A stretch of DNA of 63,953 bases, counting the filler, from Stramenopiles sp. TOSAG23-6 (taxonomy: Eukaryota): assembly GCA_900128565.1 (NCBI GenBank). It is 4 parts of 4 records of this genome, joined end to end, with 100 filler letters (N's around TTAATTAATTAA, not from the genome) between each part and the next. Parts side by side here need not be neighbours in the genome. Positions count along the whole stretch, not along the records: positions 1 to 16,757 come from LT636088.1; 3 more parts are not named here. One strand, given 5' to 3'. Both the position numbers and the translations under genes were made by a program. Below are positions 1 through 12,175 of this stretch, in pieces; the stretch's first letter is position 1, and every line of letters begins with the position of its first letter. The notes beneath the pieces are model-generated. The model saw only the letters and a list, made by a program, of their open reading frames with translations, ran no database searches and was not told the DNA's origin.

Positions 1-63
1 AAAAAAACAAAAAAAACAAAAAAAACAAAAAAAACAAAAAAAACAAAAAAAACAATAAAAAAT

Positions 64-543
64 ATGAAAAATAATGATTCTGTCACTCAATTACGAGTCT
101 CACTTGCTTTATATCAAGGGTTGTTTGAAATGATTCGAACTTGTGATGAAAATTCTTTATATATTGTCAAGTCTAGTGACGTCATAGCTAATGAATCATC
201 AAATTATTCAAGACAAGATAAAAATATTTGCCTTCAATGGACAAAACAATACATCGGGGAAAAACCATGGGCTGAACATTTACGCAATGCAGGAACGATA
301 GCTGGTTATCTTAGTTTGTATGATGAAACAAATATATGTGAACAGTTAATGCTTCTATATTGGACAAAATATATAGATTATATAGAAAAAATGAAATATA
401 AAGATTCTCAAGGAATTCAAATTTTTGTACGAAAGAGACAAAATCCATATACATTCAAAATTGTACCTGTTTGGACACAATTAGAAATGAAGGCTGTTTA
501 TAGTTATATACCCTATGATACTACCCTATATGATACCCTATGA
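64..543 (+). CDS. hypothetical protein (159 aa)
   Basis: ATG-initiated ORF; no recognisable motif. Confidence 0.4.
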   Translation: MKNNDSVTQLRVSLALYQGLFEMIRTCDENSLYIVKSSDVIANESSNYSRQDKNICLQWTKQYIGEKPWAEHLRNAGTIAGYLSLYDETNICEQLMLLYWTKYIDYIEKMKYKDSQGIQIFVRKRQNPYTFKIVPVWTQLEMKAVYSYIPYDTTLYDTL

Positions 544-889
544 TATTAAACATTAAATATTTGCCCCCCCCCCCCTGAGGCAGGTTTGTGTCATCACTTA
601 AAAAAATTGTCGGAGGTCATGTGCAACATATAAAACGATATAAAACACTGAAAAATGTAAAAAGAATCATACAAATTCATAATAATTTATTTTTAAACCT
701 AACCCTAATTAAATTTTTCATTTTTCATCCAGCCAACTTAAAAAGTTATTTTCATAAAGTTATAATCCAATCCCAACAACAAGGCCGATCTACACGAAAA
801 AAAAAATTATGAAAATCGATGCCACGTAAGCAAAAATCCAGCCGTTACTTTGACCGTTGTTCTCGTTTCATTGTTCTCGTTTCATTGTT

Positions 890-1115
890 CCACTCAATGA
901 AAAATAGAAAGTATCTAACCAGTCACATAATATTTTTTAAGATGTTAATAATTAGCACAGAAACAAAAAAAAGATGAATACACTTGGACATGGTAACGTT
1001 GATCCACTCAATGAAAAATAGAAAGTATCCAACCAGTCTTTCTCACATAATATTTTTTTAAGATGTTAGTATTTAGCACAGAAAAAGGGGTGAATACACT
1101 TGGACATGGCAACTT
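890..1115. repeat. imperfect ~110-bp direct duplication
   Basis: CCACTCAATGAAAAATAGAAAGTATC...TGAATACACTTGGACATGG at ~890-997 and ~1004-1113, overlapping the start of the next ORF. Confidence 0.8.
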
Positions 1116-2778
1116 TGCACAAGCTACGACAAGAAAAATAACAAGAAATCCAATCAGTTCAATGACTTCCAATTTGCCTGTGCTAAAGAATTTTGATACC
1201 AAAGAAGTTAGACTTCATTCAAAAATGCCTCACATTTCTCTATCTACAACTAAAGCACTCAAAGAAGGGAGAATAATGATTCAGAAAACTCAGGTCGTTA
1301 CTACTTGCATATTGTTCATTATTATATTATTAATGTTATCCAAGATGATAGTAGTATTTTTTATGTTATATTTATTCGATTTTTTCCTTGAAACATATAC
1401 TGAGTCATTCATAACAGATTTTCGTGGTGTTGTTAGTGTAGAAAGTTGTAGCAGATTCATATTGATGTACACAATTGTGTATGCATTCACATATATATTA
1501 CCCTTATATTTACTTCAAAGAATTGGAAATAACTTTGTATATTCTATGCTAAAATCGGCTGATAAGGGTACTAAAATAACTCAACACAAAGAACTTAGAC
1601 AACACCTAAAACAAATGGCAAATGCTTTTTTTGTACTCCTTCCACAGTTTGTTTGTACAATATTAATGATAATAACTCTTTTAGGATACCTAACATGGGC
1701 TAATTGGGAAGTAGCCATTGTAGGTTTAGGTTTTCTGGGTATTCTTTCCGTTCTGGGTGGTATATATTCACACACAGTAGGAAAACATGAAATACTTCTA
1801 AAGAAAGCTGAGAATTCACATAAATTATTAAAATCTAATCCAAACCTGTTTTTTGAGCAGCATAGTGTTACGCAAAAAGCTACGTTGTGGTATTATATTT
1901 ATGAAGCACTTATTATTCTCTTACTGGGGTGTACTCTTTCTTCATGTTTTCTAGTTGTACTTAATTTGGTTGCACATGGCAGTTTTTTCTTTCGAGGTGG
2001 CAAAGCTTTACCTGGACATGAAATCACTTTATGTTTGATCGATTTTGTAATGACAGTTTATTATATTCTTTCAGCAGTTTATTTGATCGGAGAAATTCAT
2101 GATAGAGTTCCATATATTTTGTCAATCAAAAAGTTCTTTGAAAATATTGATATTGGTATTCATACAACACCCATAAAATCCAAAATAAGAATTAGTCCAC
2201 GTAAGCACACATATTTTATTTGTTTTATCTTTTTGGGTGTTTTAAGCTATGCAACTTTCTGTTTTTACAATTATGTGAGTGGTCGTGATTATGTGTGTTT
2301 TTCTACTGTTCCTGTCGTATGTAAAGTACATAGTGTGCATAGTAATGATGAAGAGTGTACAATTTTAAAAGTCAAACAAAAATTTGATTTTGGAAAAGGA
2401 CAATGTAAAATGGAATTTGATAAAGAAACACTATTAGCTAAATGTCTTGATGAACAAAAATGTTATAATTTTATATATTCCAATGAAACAACTACAAATT
2501 CAACAATAGAAAAAACAGATGAAACAACTACAAATTCATTTTCATATCTCTCTATTGAACTAGTGAGTAATAATCGATGCGGTGTACCAAGTAATAAAAA
2601 ATGGACACAGAAATTCAGTCATATCACCAAATCAGGAACTAGGCGAACACAGGCCGCCGTGTCCGTCTCTGTGACCGTTGAGGAGAATGCTGGAGAGAAA
2701 ACGAAGTACCAGGAATTGCTAATATGTTTAAATGCTGGTAATACAGCAAAACAGTGTGCATCAGGTGGTAGTCATTAA
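1063..2778 (+). CDS. multi-pass membrane protein, weakly ABC-transporter TMD-like, Cys-rich C-terminus, no NBD
   Basis: 571-aa ORF with ~7 hydrophobic segments; no Walker A/B. Confidence 0.5.
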   Translation: MLVFSTEKGVNTLGHGNFAQATTRKITRNPISSMTSNLPVLKNFDTKEVRLHSKMPHISLSTTKALKEGRIMIQKTQVVTTCILFIIILLMLSKMIVVFFMLYLFDFFLETYTESFITDFRGVVSVESCSRFILMYTIVYAFTYILPLYLLQRIGNNFVYSMLKSADKGTKITQHKELRQHLKQMANAFFVLLPQFVCTILMIITLLGYLTWANWEVAIVGLGFLGILSVLGGIYSHTVGKHEILLKKAENSHKLLKSNPNLFFEQHSVTQKATLWYYIYEALIILLLGCTLSSCFLVVLNLVAHGSFFFRGGKALPGHEITLCLIDFVMTVYYILSAVYLIGEIHDRVPYILSIKKFFENIDIGIHTTPIKSKIRISPRKHTYFICFIFLGVLSYATFCFYNYVSGRDYVCFSTVPVVCKVHSVHSNDEECTILKVKQKFDFGKGQCKMEFDKETLLAKCLDEQKCYNFIYSNETTTNSTIEKTDETTTNSFSYLSIELVSNNRCGVPSNKKWTQKFSHITKSGTRRTQAAVSVSVTVEENAGEKTKYQELLICLNAGNTAKQCASGGSH

Positions 2779-2855
2779 AAAATTCATGAGTCATGGATAG
2801 GTATAAAAAATATTGTTTATAAATTATACCTATGAATCATGTTTATACTTTATCT

Positions 2856-2948
2856 ACCCTATGATACTACCCAAGTATATGATACCCTATGATACTACCC
2901 TAGTATATGATACCCTATGATACTACCCTAGTATATGATACCCTATGA
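2856..2948. repeat. 28-bp tandem repeat (~3 copies)
   Basis: ACCCTATGATACTACCCTAGTATATGAT repeated; related motif at ~510-545. Confidence 0.85.
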
Positions 2949-3111
2949 AGTTAAACATTTCTAATACAATATTGAATTATTTTTTTTTGAAAAATGTTGA
3001 AAATAAATCATTATATAACATATACTCACTCGCCATTTATTCATATTTGTGTAGAAAATAGACGCACAATACATTCTCAGTAACAGTAACAGTATTATTT
3101 TTAAACACTTT

Positions 3112-3864
3112 TTAGTAATATCCAGAAGACACAGAAAGCTTCCTCTCGCCTGACTTTATTAAATTTCGACATTCTTCATAAAAATTTGGAGAGCATTTAG
3201 TAATAGTACCAAATTTATTCAAAGCAACGTCTACAGTCTTAAAAGGTCCCTGTTGATTTTTAGGATCCCCATCAACAGAAACCCAACGACGTGGCTGACA
3301 AGCGTCGTGATACACCCAAGCCACCTCACTCGCATCTTCAAAGCTGTGTTGGCAAATTCCTTTTGGCTCAAAACCAAAAAGAACGTCACCTTTTGATACA
3401 TTTGTTGTTGTATTCTCATCACCTAACTTAATAACAGTTGGGGTCAGAAAAAGAGCTTCTCCACCAGAGTTTCTCCCATGTACAGCTTTCACTGAGATGC
3501 CACCCGACTTCAAAAATTGGTCATACACTGCTTCACAGGTACGTGGGGCAACATCCCATAGCAACTCAACTATAGCATAACAACCTTTTCCAAAATCAAA
3601 TCGCATGGATTTATGTGTTTGTTTTGTTCCTACTTTTATTTTTTTGCTTTTCGGTACCTCTGTAGCGTGTCCCATACCCGACGGCCTCGCATCTGCTTTC
3701 GCAAAACTGAATGTCTGTTCACTCCCAAATGGAAGGTTAGAACCTCTCCTTGGTGAAACTTCTTCACCAAGGTTATCAAAAGTTACCTTATCAAGATCAA
3801 AACCATTTACCCTAGGACTGGATGTCCCAATATTTGTCACACACAAATCCCGCTTTTTTGACAT
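3112..3864 (-). CDS. DUF3830 / cyclophilin-like fold protein
   Basis: APRTCEA...HGRNSGGEA...ENTT...GDVL motif pattern. Confidence 0.6.
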   Translation of the reverse strand: MSKKRDLCVTNIGTSSPRVNGFDLDKVTFDNLGEEVSPRRGSNLPFGSEQTFSFAKADARPSGMGHATEVPKSKKIKVGTKQTHKSMRFDFGKGCYAIVELLWDVAPRTCEAVYDQFLKSGGISVKAVHGRNSGGEALFLTPTVIKLGDENTTTNVSKGDVLFGFEPKGICQHSFEDASEVAWVYHDACQPRRWVSVDGDPKNQQGPFKTVDVALNKFGTITKCSPNFYEECRNLIKSGERKLSVSSGYY

Positions 3865-4085
3865 TTTACAATTTGGTCACGGTTTTAATGATGAAAGAGA
3901 GAGAGAGTTAGAGGAGTTAGAGAGATAAAAAAACAATCAGTCAACCATGATCGAGATAGATCGGAGGTTTTTTGAATGTGCGGAGGTTTTTTTGGGAAGA
4001 AGCTTTCGCTTTCTTCTTTCAAATCGATTTTTTGAAATCTCAAACTCAAATAAAAGATAGAATACNTTTTCAAAACTTTAAGATA

Positions 4086-5373
4086 ATGAAGTGTTTAGTT
4101 ATATTCCTTCAACTGCTTTTTGCTCATGCAAATAGAATTCAGTCACGTATTTATGTAAATGAGCATAAATGGTTACATAATCATCATTATGATATAAACG
4201 GCAAACGCGTTTATCCTGATGAACCAGAGGTTCAAGTTGAAAATGTTACAAGCAAAACTTCAAAAGATTTTTCATCTGTATCTAACAAAGAAGATTCAGA
4301 AAAAAATAATAACTTTTTTATGCGTCTTCGTCTTCCATATGGTGCCCCGCTAACAACTCCAAGTGAATACCCAAATCCAGAAAAAATGTTGTTCAGTGGG
4401 TTTTCTTCTACTGATAATGCTGATCCGATAGCTGAAGTTGTTAGTGGTGTTTATCAACAAAAACCTATGAGTGAGCCAGTTGATATGAATGATTCAAAGA
4501 TTACTGAGGCAACATCAAAACTGTTTTCAAAACACTTTGGAAGTTCACGCAAATTACTTTATCTTGATGTACCCACTAATTTAGATGATTCATTAATGAA
4601 TACGAATAATCAATATCAGGGAAGGGGGCGTTCAATGGGAAGAGGTAAAATGTCTGCAGATCCGACTAGTTATGATCCAGCTTGGTGGAGAAAACCTGAG
4701 GATTCCCTTCCTTCTTCGTCTGGTGGTGGTGGTGACACATTTCTTACACATAAAAGATTTTCAATGCGTCCATATCCTCATCTATCATATGGGTTAGGTG
4801 GATCTCCAGGGAATAGTATGGACATGTTTCCTATGGGAGGTTATAATCCAAACTTTAAATTTTGGGGAGCGCGTATGTTTTTTTCTGTTTGTTTTCTGTT
4901 TGTTTTCTGTTTGTTTTCTGTTTGTATTTTTTTTTTTTTTAGCTACTAGTATACATTTTGTGAGCGCATATGTTTTCTGTTTTTCTGTTTTTTTTTTATT
5001 TTTTCTGTTTGTACATCTTTCAGTGACTTCAAAAGGTTTTTGTAGATGTTTTTTTTAAATTTCAAATATTTTTGTACCTAATGAATTTTAATATTTTTGA
5101 AATATTGTTTACCTTGTACACATGTATTATCCTTTTGGAAAACAAGATACACCAACGACAAGAACATTTAATTTTTCTGATCGAATACGTAAAGTAAATG
5201 CAAAGAATGAAAAAGTAATGAATAGATATTTATCACCAAAGGATGTTTATGGAAATGTACAAGAAAACCTTAAAGAAATATTATGGCAGAATAATGTAGT
5301 TCAATTGGCTGAACCATCAAGCGAAAACTCTGGACAAGATGTCGACTTTCCAATGATACCACCCATAGTGTAA
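4086..5373 (+). CDS. secreted hypothetical protein, 2 exons (4086-4872, 5120-5373)
   Basis: signal peptide MKCLVIFLQLLFAHA; removal of family intron joins the 5122 ORF in frame. Confidence 0.6.
4873..5119 (+). mobile_element. family intron, GT-AC, expanded by TTTTCTG repeats
   Basis: GTATGTTT start, TTTGTACCTAAT branch motif, frame restoration. Confidence 0.55.
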
Positions 5374-5464
5374 AAGAACTAATAAACCTAATAAAACAAC
5401 ACTTTTTGCTTTTCATTTTTAGACTCATACCACTTTATTAGTATGATATATTTATAATTTATAT

Positions 5465-6977
5465 TTATAATTTAACAAGTATTTGTGATTTTTTCATAGA
5501 TATAGGACATTTAGGATGAATAAAAAGAGGCTTACTCGTCATCTTTTTGTTTTCATTCTTATTATTTTCTCTTGCATTGCTATTCACCCAACTGAAATCT
5601 TTTAAATATGAAACACCGTCATTGCTATTATTAAAGTCTTTTGACATGTTAATACATTTTCTAGGACAATTACAATTTGGTAATTTTTGACGTTGATGAA
5701 GAAAGAGAGGATTTTTTTTTGGATTCATTCCTGGGATGTATTGTGAAAAAAAAAATGTAGTTAAAAATAATTGTTAGGTACGAAATTTGAATTTCGTATG
5801 AAAAAAACATTAAATTAGAAATTCATATAAAACGTCATAAAACGTACACCTGATAAACACTTGCTTCTTCATCACTCGTTGGAATTGTTATATTATTTGG
5901 AAGGGAGTGATTAATTGAATTAACTAATTCAGTTATATTCTTTGGTAAAATATACCCAATATCTTTACCAAATCCACTAAATAAACCAACAGCAGAAGAA
6001 GGAGAATAAGTATCTTCTTTACTACCAACAAATATATGACTGAAATACTCTATGAATTTTTTTTTCATATTTATAAAATTTGAATACCAGAAAGTCTTTT
6101 TGTTTTCACTTGGAATTGTATTAAGTACATGACTACTAGAAAACTCATTCAAGTAATTTCGACATTTTCCACTGGTTTGAAGAAAAATATTTTTCATATT
6201 TTGAAGTTTTTGATTTCGTGTATCATCATACTCCTGATCTTCAACACTACAACGTGAATTGCTTAATATATTTCTATCATCAAAAGAGTTCCATTCAATA
6301 CTGCTTTCTTTATCAAGTAAAAATTTGTCAAGACGACGAAGGAAATCTGGACAACTTTCAAGTAATTCTTCATAATAAACTGTATGAAGCCTCCTTTCTA
6401 TACCAACGAGAGGTTGCCAAAAATTAACTTCATGCCAGGAGTCATTTGTGTGTTTCCAAAAGGATAAAAGTAAAGCAATAAAAACTGGATCATTATTTAA
6501 GCATTCTTGTAATGTAGCATTGAGTGGACATGACTTATGTCCTCCATTAGGAAATAATTTGAGATAACACAACAACGACACAATAACATCCTCGACTCGT
6601 CTCTCAGTATATATAATTTTACCCACGCACTTCATATAACAAAGACAGTCACACCCCAACTCATTGTCTGCAGGAACATGATTAGTCTTTACCAAACGCA
6701 GAGGACCTTCATACCGCTTATATATTGTATCCATTAATAAATGAGTACCACTTCTTCTATGACTTGCAATGAAAATAGTCGGTATGTCACTAGTTATTAG
6801 TGACTTCCAATTTGAAGATGCACGAATACAAGGCCATTTTTTATCACAGTATTTAGAAAACCAGGGTACGGTAGAGGGGATACTAAATGATTCTTGAAAT
6901 ATGTGTTTCTGAATTAACAGAGCAAAAACAATTCCAAGAATTGTTATCATTGTAATTGTCTTCATTGATAAAATCAT
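5465..6977 (-). CDS. type II membrane sulfotransferase-like protein, 2 exons
   Basis: N-terminal TM; SHRRSGTHLL PAPS loop, KTNH, R..EDVIVS, YEEL; intron 5736-5847 joins the 5465 ORF. Confidence 0.75.
5736..5847 (-). mobile_element. family intron, GT-AT
   Basis: GTACGTTTT...GTACCTAAC...CACAATACAT; frame restored (YQV|PGMNP). Confidence 0.8.
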
Positions 6978-7238
6978 TTTTTTTTTAAAGGGAATACGAA
7001 TACTTAATTTATTGAATTTGTTCGAAACCAAAATTAATAAATCATGAATGTTTTCGTTGATGTTTTTGACAGTTTCAAACTTTCAGTCCTGATGCCTTTT
7101 CCTTTTTTTAGTTCTAAGATAACCAATTGTTTTAGTTATCCCGCAATTGTTTTTTTGCTAATCTTGATATAATTATCAGTACCTTAGGATGTACGTATAC
7201 GTATATGATGTACAAATTAATTATAAACAAGTAAATAA

Positions 7239-7739
7239 ATGAGTTCACAAGCTCCAACACCACCACTGAAAACTTCTACAAGCCCAGCTCGTAGAGATTT
7301 CGTACCGAATGAGTTTAAAATTACAACTTCCAATAGTAAAAGTTCAAAGATAACTCCTCCATATTTATCGCGCAGTAATCATTGCCTTTGGACTGAAGCT
7401 GAGAGCAAAACGTCATTGAATTATTGTCATAATGCAAGGGAAATAGCCGCCAACGCCATGGCAACTATAAAAAATTCTGAAATTATTTCTCGAAAGAAAT
7501 CTTTTGTTGAAGTACCTAGTCAAACGAATATGGTAGTTGAAACCAGTGATACTATCGATATTCGAGACACTAGAAATTGTAAAGACAAAACATTAAAGCT
7601 TAGTCGCCGTATGAAAGCTGCTATGGATTTTGAAGAAGATTTGATTAGTATGAACGAAATGGAATATTTAGCTATAAAAAAAGAAAAGATTCGAAAACTT
7701 TTGAGAAATTTACAAAAAAGTATGAAAAGTGATAAATGA
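7239..7739 (+). CDS. hypothetical protein (166 aa)
   Basis: ATG ORF flanked by AT-rich intergenic DNA. Confidence 0.55.
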   Translation: MSSQAPTPPLKTSTSPARRDFVPNEFKITTSNSKSSKITPPYLSRSNHCLWTEAESKTSLNYCHNAREIAANAMATIKNSEIISRKKSFVEVPSQTNMVVETSDTIDIRDTRNCKDKTLKLSRRMKAAMDFEEDLISMNEMEYLAIKKEKIRKLLRNLQKSMKSDK

Positions 7740-7917
7740 CAGAAACAATCGATTCATTATAGAGCAATATAATAGTAAAATGTATTAAAAAAAGAAAATA
7801 AAAAACAGTTTTTTTCATTAAATAATTTTATATATATATCATTTTTGTGTTACTTTGTACATCATATTATTTCTAATAGATTCAAATAGATTGAATCAAT
7901 TATCCATAAAAATATAT

Positions 7918-10608
7918 TTACATACCGATTGTTGATGCCCTTGAAGGAGGTCTAGATGGTAACTTTAAATTTTCCTTTTTGAGTGCTAGCATCAATGCAC
8001 TTTGCATTTCAGGAAATTCATTTGCTAATTCGCGCAACGTAAATAAAACATTTTCATTATTTTCAGAGATTGCTTTTGCTTGCAATTGCTTCTCTTGATT
8101 TGTAAGTGTATTTGGTGATTGACACATTTCTTCACGGTGAATTTTACTTTGTTTTCGTACTTTCTTTTCAATATCAATTTTAGTTGCTGTTTCAGTATCA
8201 AGTTCTTTTTCTACCATATCAAGTGCGCTAGACAAATGCTCGCGATGTCTCTGCAAATGTTTTAATTGATCATTTACTTGTTGTAATCGATTTTGGTCAT
8301 CTTCTAAATCATTCACAACTCTTTGTAATTCCTTCCGTTTTTTAAAGAGTCCATCACTTGACGTTTTTACAGCTTCTTCCAATGCGGCTAGTTTTTGTGC
8401 ATCTTTACCATTCATATTTGCTTTCTTAAAACCAGACCGAAATGTCGAATTTCTTCGTATTAAATGATTTAATGTTGCCTCAAGTCCTCGAATTTCCCTT
8501 TCTGCAGTTCGTATTTTAGCGTCAAGTTCATCACCTTCCCGTTGTAATTCTTCACGTTGTTGTGCAGCTTTTATCACATAGTATGCCTGTGACTTCGCCT
8601 CATCTCCTCCAGGTTTACATGCAGCTAATGTTTCGTATTTATTTTTTTGTGATACAACCTTTAGTTGTCTCTCTTTCAATTCAAGTGCTAATTTATGACG
8701 CTCTTCTTCAGCAACTTTAATTTGTGCACGTTGAACATCCATGTGTACTTCAATCTCTTTCTTTCGTTCTTCCATAGACATGCTTAACTGAAATTTTCTG
8801 TTTTCAAGACTAAACACCTCATCTGCTTTTGTGCTCAATATCTTTTTCAAACGCTTCACTTCTAGTTTAAGTACATCACAGTCAACCAATGTTGCATCAC
8901 GAGTTTTATTGATTTTCTCTTCTTCAGCTAAAGCAGCAGCACTACTCAAGTTACATTCACCAATGTCTTCAGTTAAAGTATGATAATTTTTAACCAATAT
9001 TTTTTCTCTTGCTTTTGTTTCTTTCAATTCATTTTTTAATTTAGTCAATTGACCACTCAACATTTTTTCTTGTTCTTTTTCTTCATCCAACTGTTTACGC
9101 AACTTCTCAATCTTTGCATTCAAAACCTTTTTCTCATCATCTGTACGAACTCCAGAAACTCTTGAAACACGACGCTCTAATTGCTGAATCTGAAATTCGG
9201 CATTATATATATGTTCCTGTTGGCGTAAAGCTGCCGCATCAAGCTTTCGTAATTTTTGTGTCAAATTTTTGATAGCTGCTTGAGATCCTTCAATATCTGC
9301 AATCAAGTTAGACTCTTCTCGACGATGTTCACTTAATGTCTCGTTAAACTTGAACATTTTTTTCTTCATTGTTGCCACATCCTTTTCAGAAACTTTTAAA
9401 TCAACTTCAGTTTGTTTTAACCCATCTTCGGCAGCCTTGGCGCGAGACTCGACATTATCACTGAACAAAACATTTGAATCCAATAAACGTTTAGATTTTT
9501 GATACCGCTTTCGAGCAGCATCCAATTGTTGCGTTTTTTTATCCAATTGTTCACGATAGTTTACAACTGCCGCACGACTGGTCACCAAGTCAGATGCAGC
9601 TTGAGCAAGTTCATTTCTCACAACATCAACTTGATCTTCAAACCCTGCAAATGAAGCTTTCACATTTTGAAATTCAATCCTCTGTGCAGATAAAAGACGT
9701 TCTTGAACTGTCTTTTTTGATAGCGTTTCTTTATTATCTTTTATATGCATTTCCAACATATCGAGATGCTCTTGTAGTTCTTGTTCTTTTTCTTGTAAAG
9801 CAGCAGTTGCATCTGCGTATGATTCACCTGCTTTACCAATCTCTTGATCTCTTTTCTTCATAACTTCAAGACTTTCCTGCCACTGAGAAACGAGATGCTG
9901 TCGCTCTTGATGCAGTTGTCGAAACTCATCAGCTGTTTTATCAAGTTCGATTTGTTTTGCTTGTGTATCAGTTACTTCATCCTCCAATTCCTTTTTCGCA
10001 GCAATCATTTCCACAGTTAATTTCTCCAATTGTAAAGTTAATTCCTTAATTTTAGATTCATCTGCGCGTGTGTATTTCTCCATTGCCAAATTGTCTTCCT
10101 CTTTTTGTTTTGTGGCTAATGACCATTGTTCAAGTTCTTCTTGATTCCAATTCATTTGTAACTTAAATTTATCCAATCGTTCATTCGCTTTAAACACGTC
10201 GTTCTGAATAACATTAAGTCGGTCTTGGATGTCTTCTTTCTTCAATATTTCCTTCTCAACTTGCTGTTTTGAACGACCCACTTGACGCTTTGCAAGCTGT
10301 TTTAAATGTTCTTCTGTCCTAATCTCACGCATTTTCGTATCTACCAACTTCTGAGTGTGTTGCAACTCTTGATTAACATTCTTCAAATGATCCTTCATGA
10401 TCTTTACACGTGTGGTATTGTCCTCAAGGTCTCTCCCGCATACTTCCAGTTTTCGTGTTTTAACTTTGACCTGTTGATCTAATTTTCGACTTTCAACAGC
10501 AGCGAAAATTGGTAACGCCCCAAGTTCTCCGTAATCAGGATCGAATTCTTCAGTGGGGCGATCCTCAGGTTCAACTGAAGAACCCCATCGTGGAGCTTCA
10601 TCGCCCAT
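7918..10608 (-). CDS. CCDC39: coiled-coil domain-containing protein 39 (axonemal ruler, FAP59)
   Basis: 896-aa coiled coil with MNWNQEELEQW, KEEDNLAMEKYTRADE, SQAYYVIKAAQQREELQREGDELDAKI; intronless. Confidence 0.93.
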   Translation of the reverse strand: MGDEAPRWGSSVEPEDRPTEEFDPDYGELGALPIFAAVESRKLDQQVKVKTRKLEVCGRDLEDNTTRVKIMKDHLKNVNQELQHTQKLVDTKMREIRTEEHLKQLAKRQVGRSKQQVEKEILKKEDIQDRLNVIQNDVFKANERLDKFKLQMNWNQEELEQWSLATKQKEEDNLAMEKYTRADESKIKELTLQLEKLTVEMIAAKKELEDEVTDTQAKQIELDKTADEFRQLHQERQHLVSQWQESLEVMKKRDQEIGKAGESYADATAALQEKEQELQEHLDMLEMHIKDNKETLSKKTVQERLLSAQRIEFQNVKASFAGFEDQVDVVRNELAQAASDLVTSRAAVVNYREQLDKKTQQLDAARKRYQKSKRLLDSNVLFSDNVESRAKAAEDGLKQTEVDLKVSEKDVATMKKKMFKFNETLSEHRREESNLIADIEGSQAAIKNLTQKLRKLDAAALRQQEHIYNAEFQIQQLERRVSRVSGVRTDDEKKVLNAKIEKLRKQLDEEKEQEKMLSGQLTKLKNELKETKAREKILVKNYHTLTEDIGECNLSSAAALAEEEKINKTRDATLVDCDVLKLEVKRLKKILSTKADEVFSLENRKFQLSMSMEERKKEIEVHMDVQRAQIKVAEEERHKLALELKERQLKVVSQKNKYETLAACKPGGDEAKSQAYYVIKAAQQREELQREGDELDAKIRTAEREIRGLEATLNHLIRRNSTFRSGFKKANMNGKDAQKLAALEEAVKTSSDGLFKKRKELQRVVNDLEDDQNRLQQVNDQLKHLQRHREHLSSALDMVEKELDTETATKIDIEKKVRKQSKIHREEMCQSPNTLTNQEKQLQAKAISENNENVLFTLRELANEFPEMQSALMLALKKENLKLPSRPPSRASTIGM

Positions 10609-10878
10609 TTTGAGTATATGTAAAAGACCTTTACGAAAGAAAGTTTTTAGTATAAGTGCTTTTACACTTGGTCTTTTTAGGGAATCGATCGAGTGTGAGT
10701 GTCTTGGAGTAAGTGTAACGGGCTATGAAACTGTCATTTCAAAAAGTGGGTACCCGGTACCTCAATTTTGACATGAAACGGTTGACATTCACAACTCGAA
10801 AGATTTTTTTACAAGATATTATCAGTCAATCAGGTAGAGACTATACTCTCTCATAATACACATAATTATAAAAAGGAA

Positions 10879-12099
10879 ATGGGGGGAGGTGCATCAACAT
10901 CGGCATCCTATAAACTATGTGAAGCCATCAAACAAAATAAAGATGATGAAGTTCTTCTTCTTCTTGACAGGGCATCAGTTAAGCTGTTTACAAGACAAAG
11001 TCACGATAAACGAATACCAATGAATGTTGCTGCGAGTTTAGGTAAAAAGGCGATTTTATTCAAAATGCTAGATCGTGATGGAGGCAAAAAAAATGGTAGA
11101 AAATGGGATGAAAACTGGAAACCTAAAAAGGTTAAGCAGGAGAGAATGGCAAACCGAAAAAAAAATAAGAAGCGGAGTCTTCAAGAGAAACATTTAACAT
11201 CAGCTCTTCTCGCAAATTGTGGAGGTACCACCGATTATGATATAGTAAAACGATTGTGGTTTGAAGGTGCTGATGTAGATGGCGTTGATGATGTTGAAAA
11301 CTCTCCACTTATTAATGTTGCAAGAAAACCTCTCAATGATTCTGAAGGACGATTGCCAAAAGCGGTTTGGCGGGCTAGAAATAAATCTATACGTTTTTTA
11401 TTACTGAAAGGAGCTGATCCTAAACATAAAGAGGTCGGTGGTAATAACGCTTTACTTACTGCATGTGNAACATTTAATGAAAATGCTGCCCTTGTCATAG
11501 CCAAGCAGAGTATGTCTACTACAGAAATTGTAAAGGAAGTGAGTAAGTGGATGGAATCTCACAAGGTTCGGAAAAATAATTGGGTTGCTGGTGGTTTAAT
11601 GAAAGCTCACGCATTTAATGAACCAAAATTTGTGGAAAAAATGAAATCAACATTTATGAAAATGTTTGATAAAGATGGAAATGGAGAACTCGATCGAACA
11701 GAATTACTTCGATTCATTGCAATGCATGTAAAGATTCAATTTCAAGCTGGTTTAATGCCTACAGCAGCTTTTATTGATGATGGCAGCCTTGAAATTGAAC
11801 AAATTGAGAAATTACTAAAAGAACGTTGTAAAAATGAACTTCGAGTGTATTTAGAAATGGATAAAGATGGAGATGGCACTTTTAGCTGGGATGAACTTCT
11901 TCCTGTGATAAAAGATTTTTACTTTAATACTTGGACTAAAACTAGACCGGCTGTTGTCGAGGATGATCAAGACCGTCCAGGTGATAATGGACCTGTTTTA
12001 CCACCGAATTGGGTAGCTGTAAAAGATCCAGCTAGTGGTCGTACGTACTACGCTAATTCAGAGACAAGAGAAACTACATGGGAAATTCCTACATCTTGA
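10879..12099 (+). CDS. ankyrin + EF-hand + WW domain protein, probably N-myristoylated
   Basis: MGGGAS start; ankyrin-like GADV/GADP; DKDGNGELD and DKDGDGTFS EF loops; LPPNW...YY...TTWEIP WW domain. Confidence 0.85.
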   Translation: MGGGASTSASYKLCEAIKQNKDDEVLLLLDRASVKLFTRQSHDKRIPMNVAASLGKKAILFKMLDRDGGKKNGRKWDENWKPKKVKQERMANRKKNKKRSLQEKHLTSALLANCGGTTDYDIVKRLWFEGADVDGVDDVENSPLINVARKPLNDSEGRLPKAVWRARNKSIRFLLLKGADPKHKEVGGNNALLTACXTFNENAALVIAKQSMSTTEIVKEVSKWMESHKVRKNNWVAGGLMKAHAFNEPKFVEKMKSTFMKMFDKDGNGELDRTELLRFIAMHVKIQFQAGLMPTAAFIDDGSLEIEQIEKLLKERCKNELRVYLEMDKDGDGTFSWDELLPVIKDFYFNTWTKTRPAVVEDDQDRPGDNGPVLPPNWVAVKDPASGRTYYANSETRETTWEIPTS

Positions 12100-12175
12100 T
12101 GATGTGTATTTTAATATGAGTTTCTACTGTCTATTGATATAAAAAAAAATGAAAAAGATGAAGATTTTAAGAATT

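Noticed and set aside
1-55. A-rich (A7-8C)n tract
   Set aside because: Simple low-complexity repeat at the window edge.
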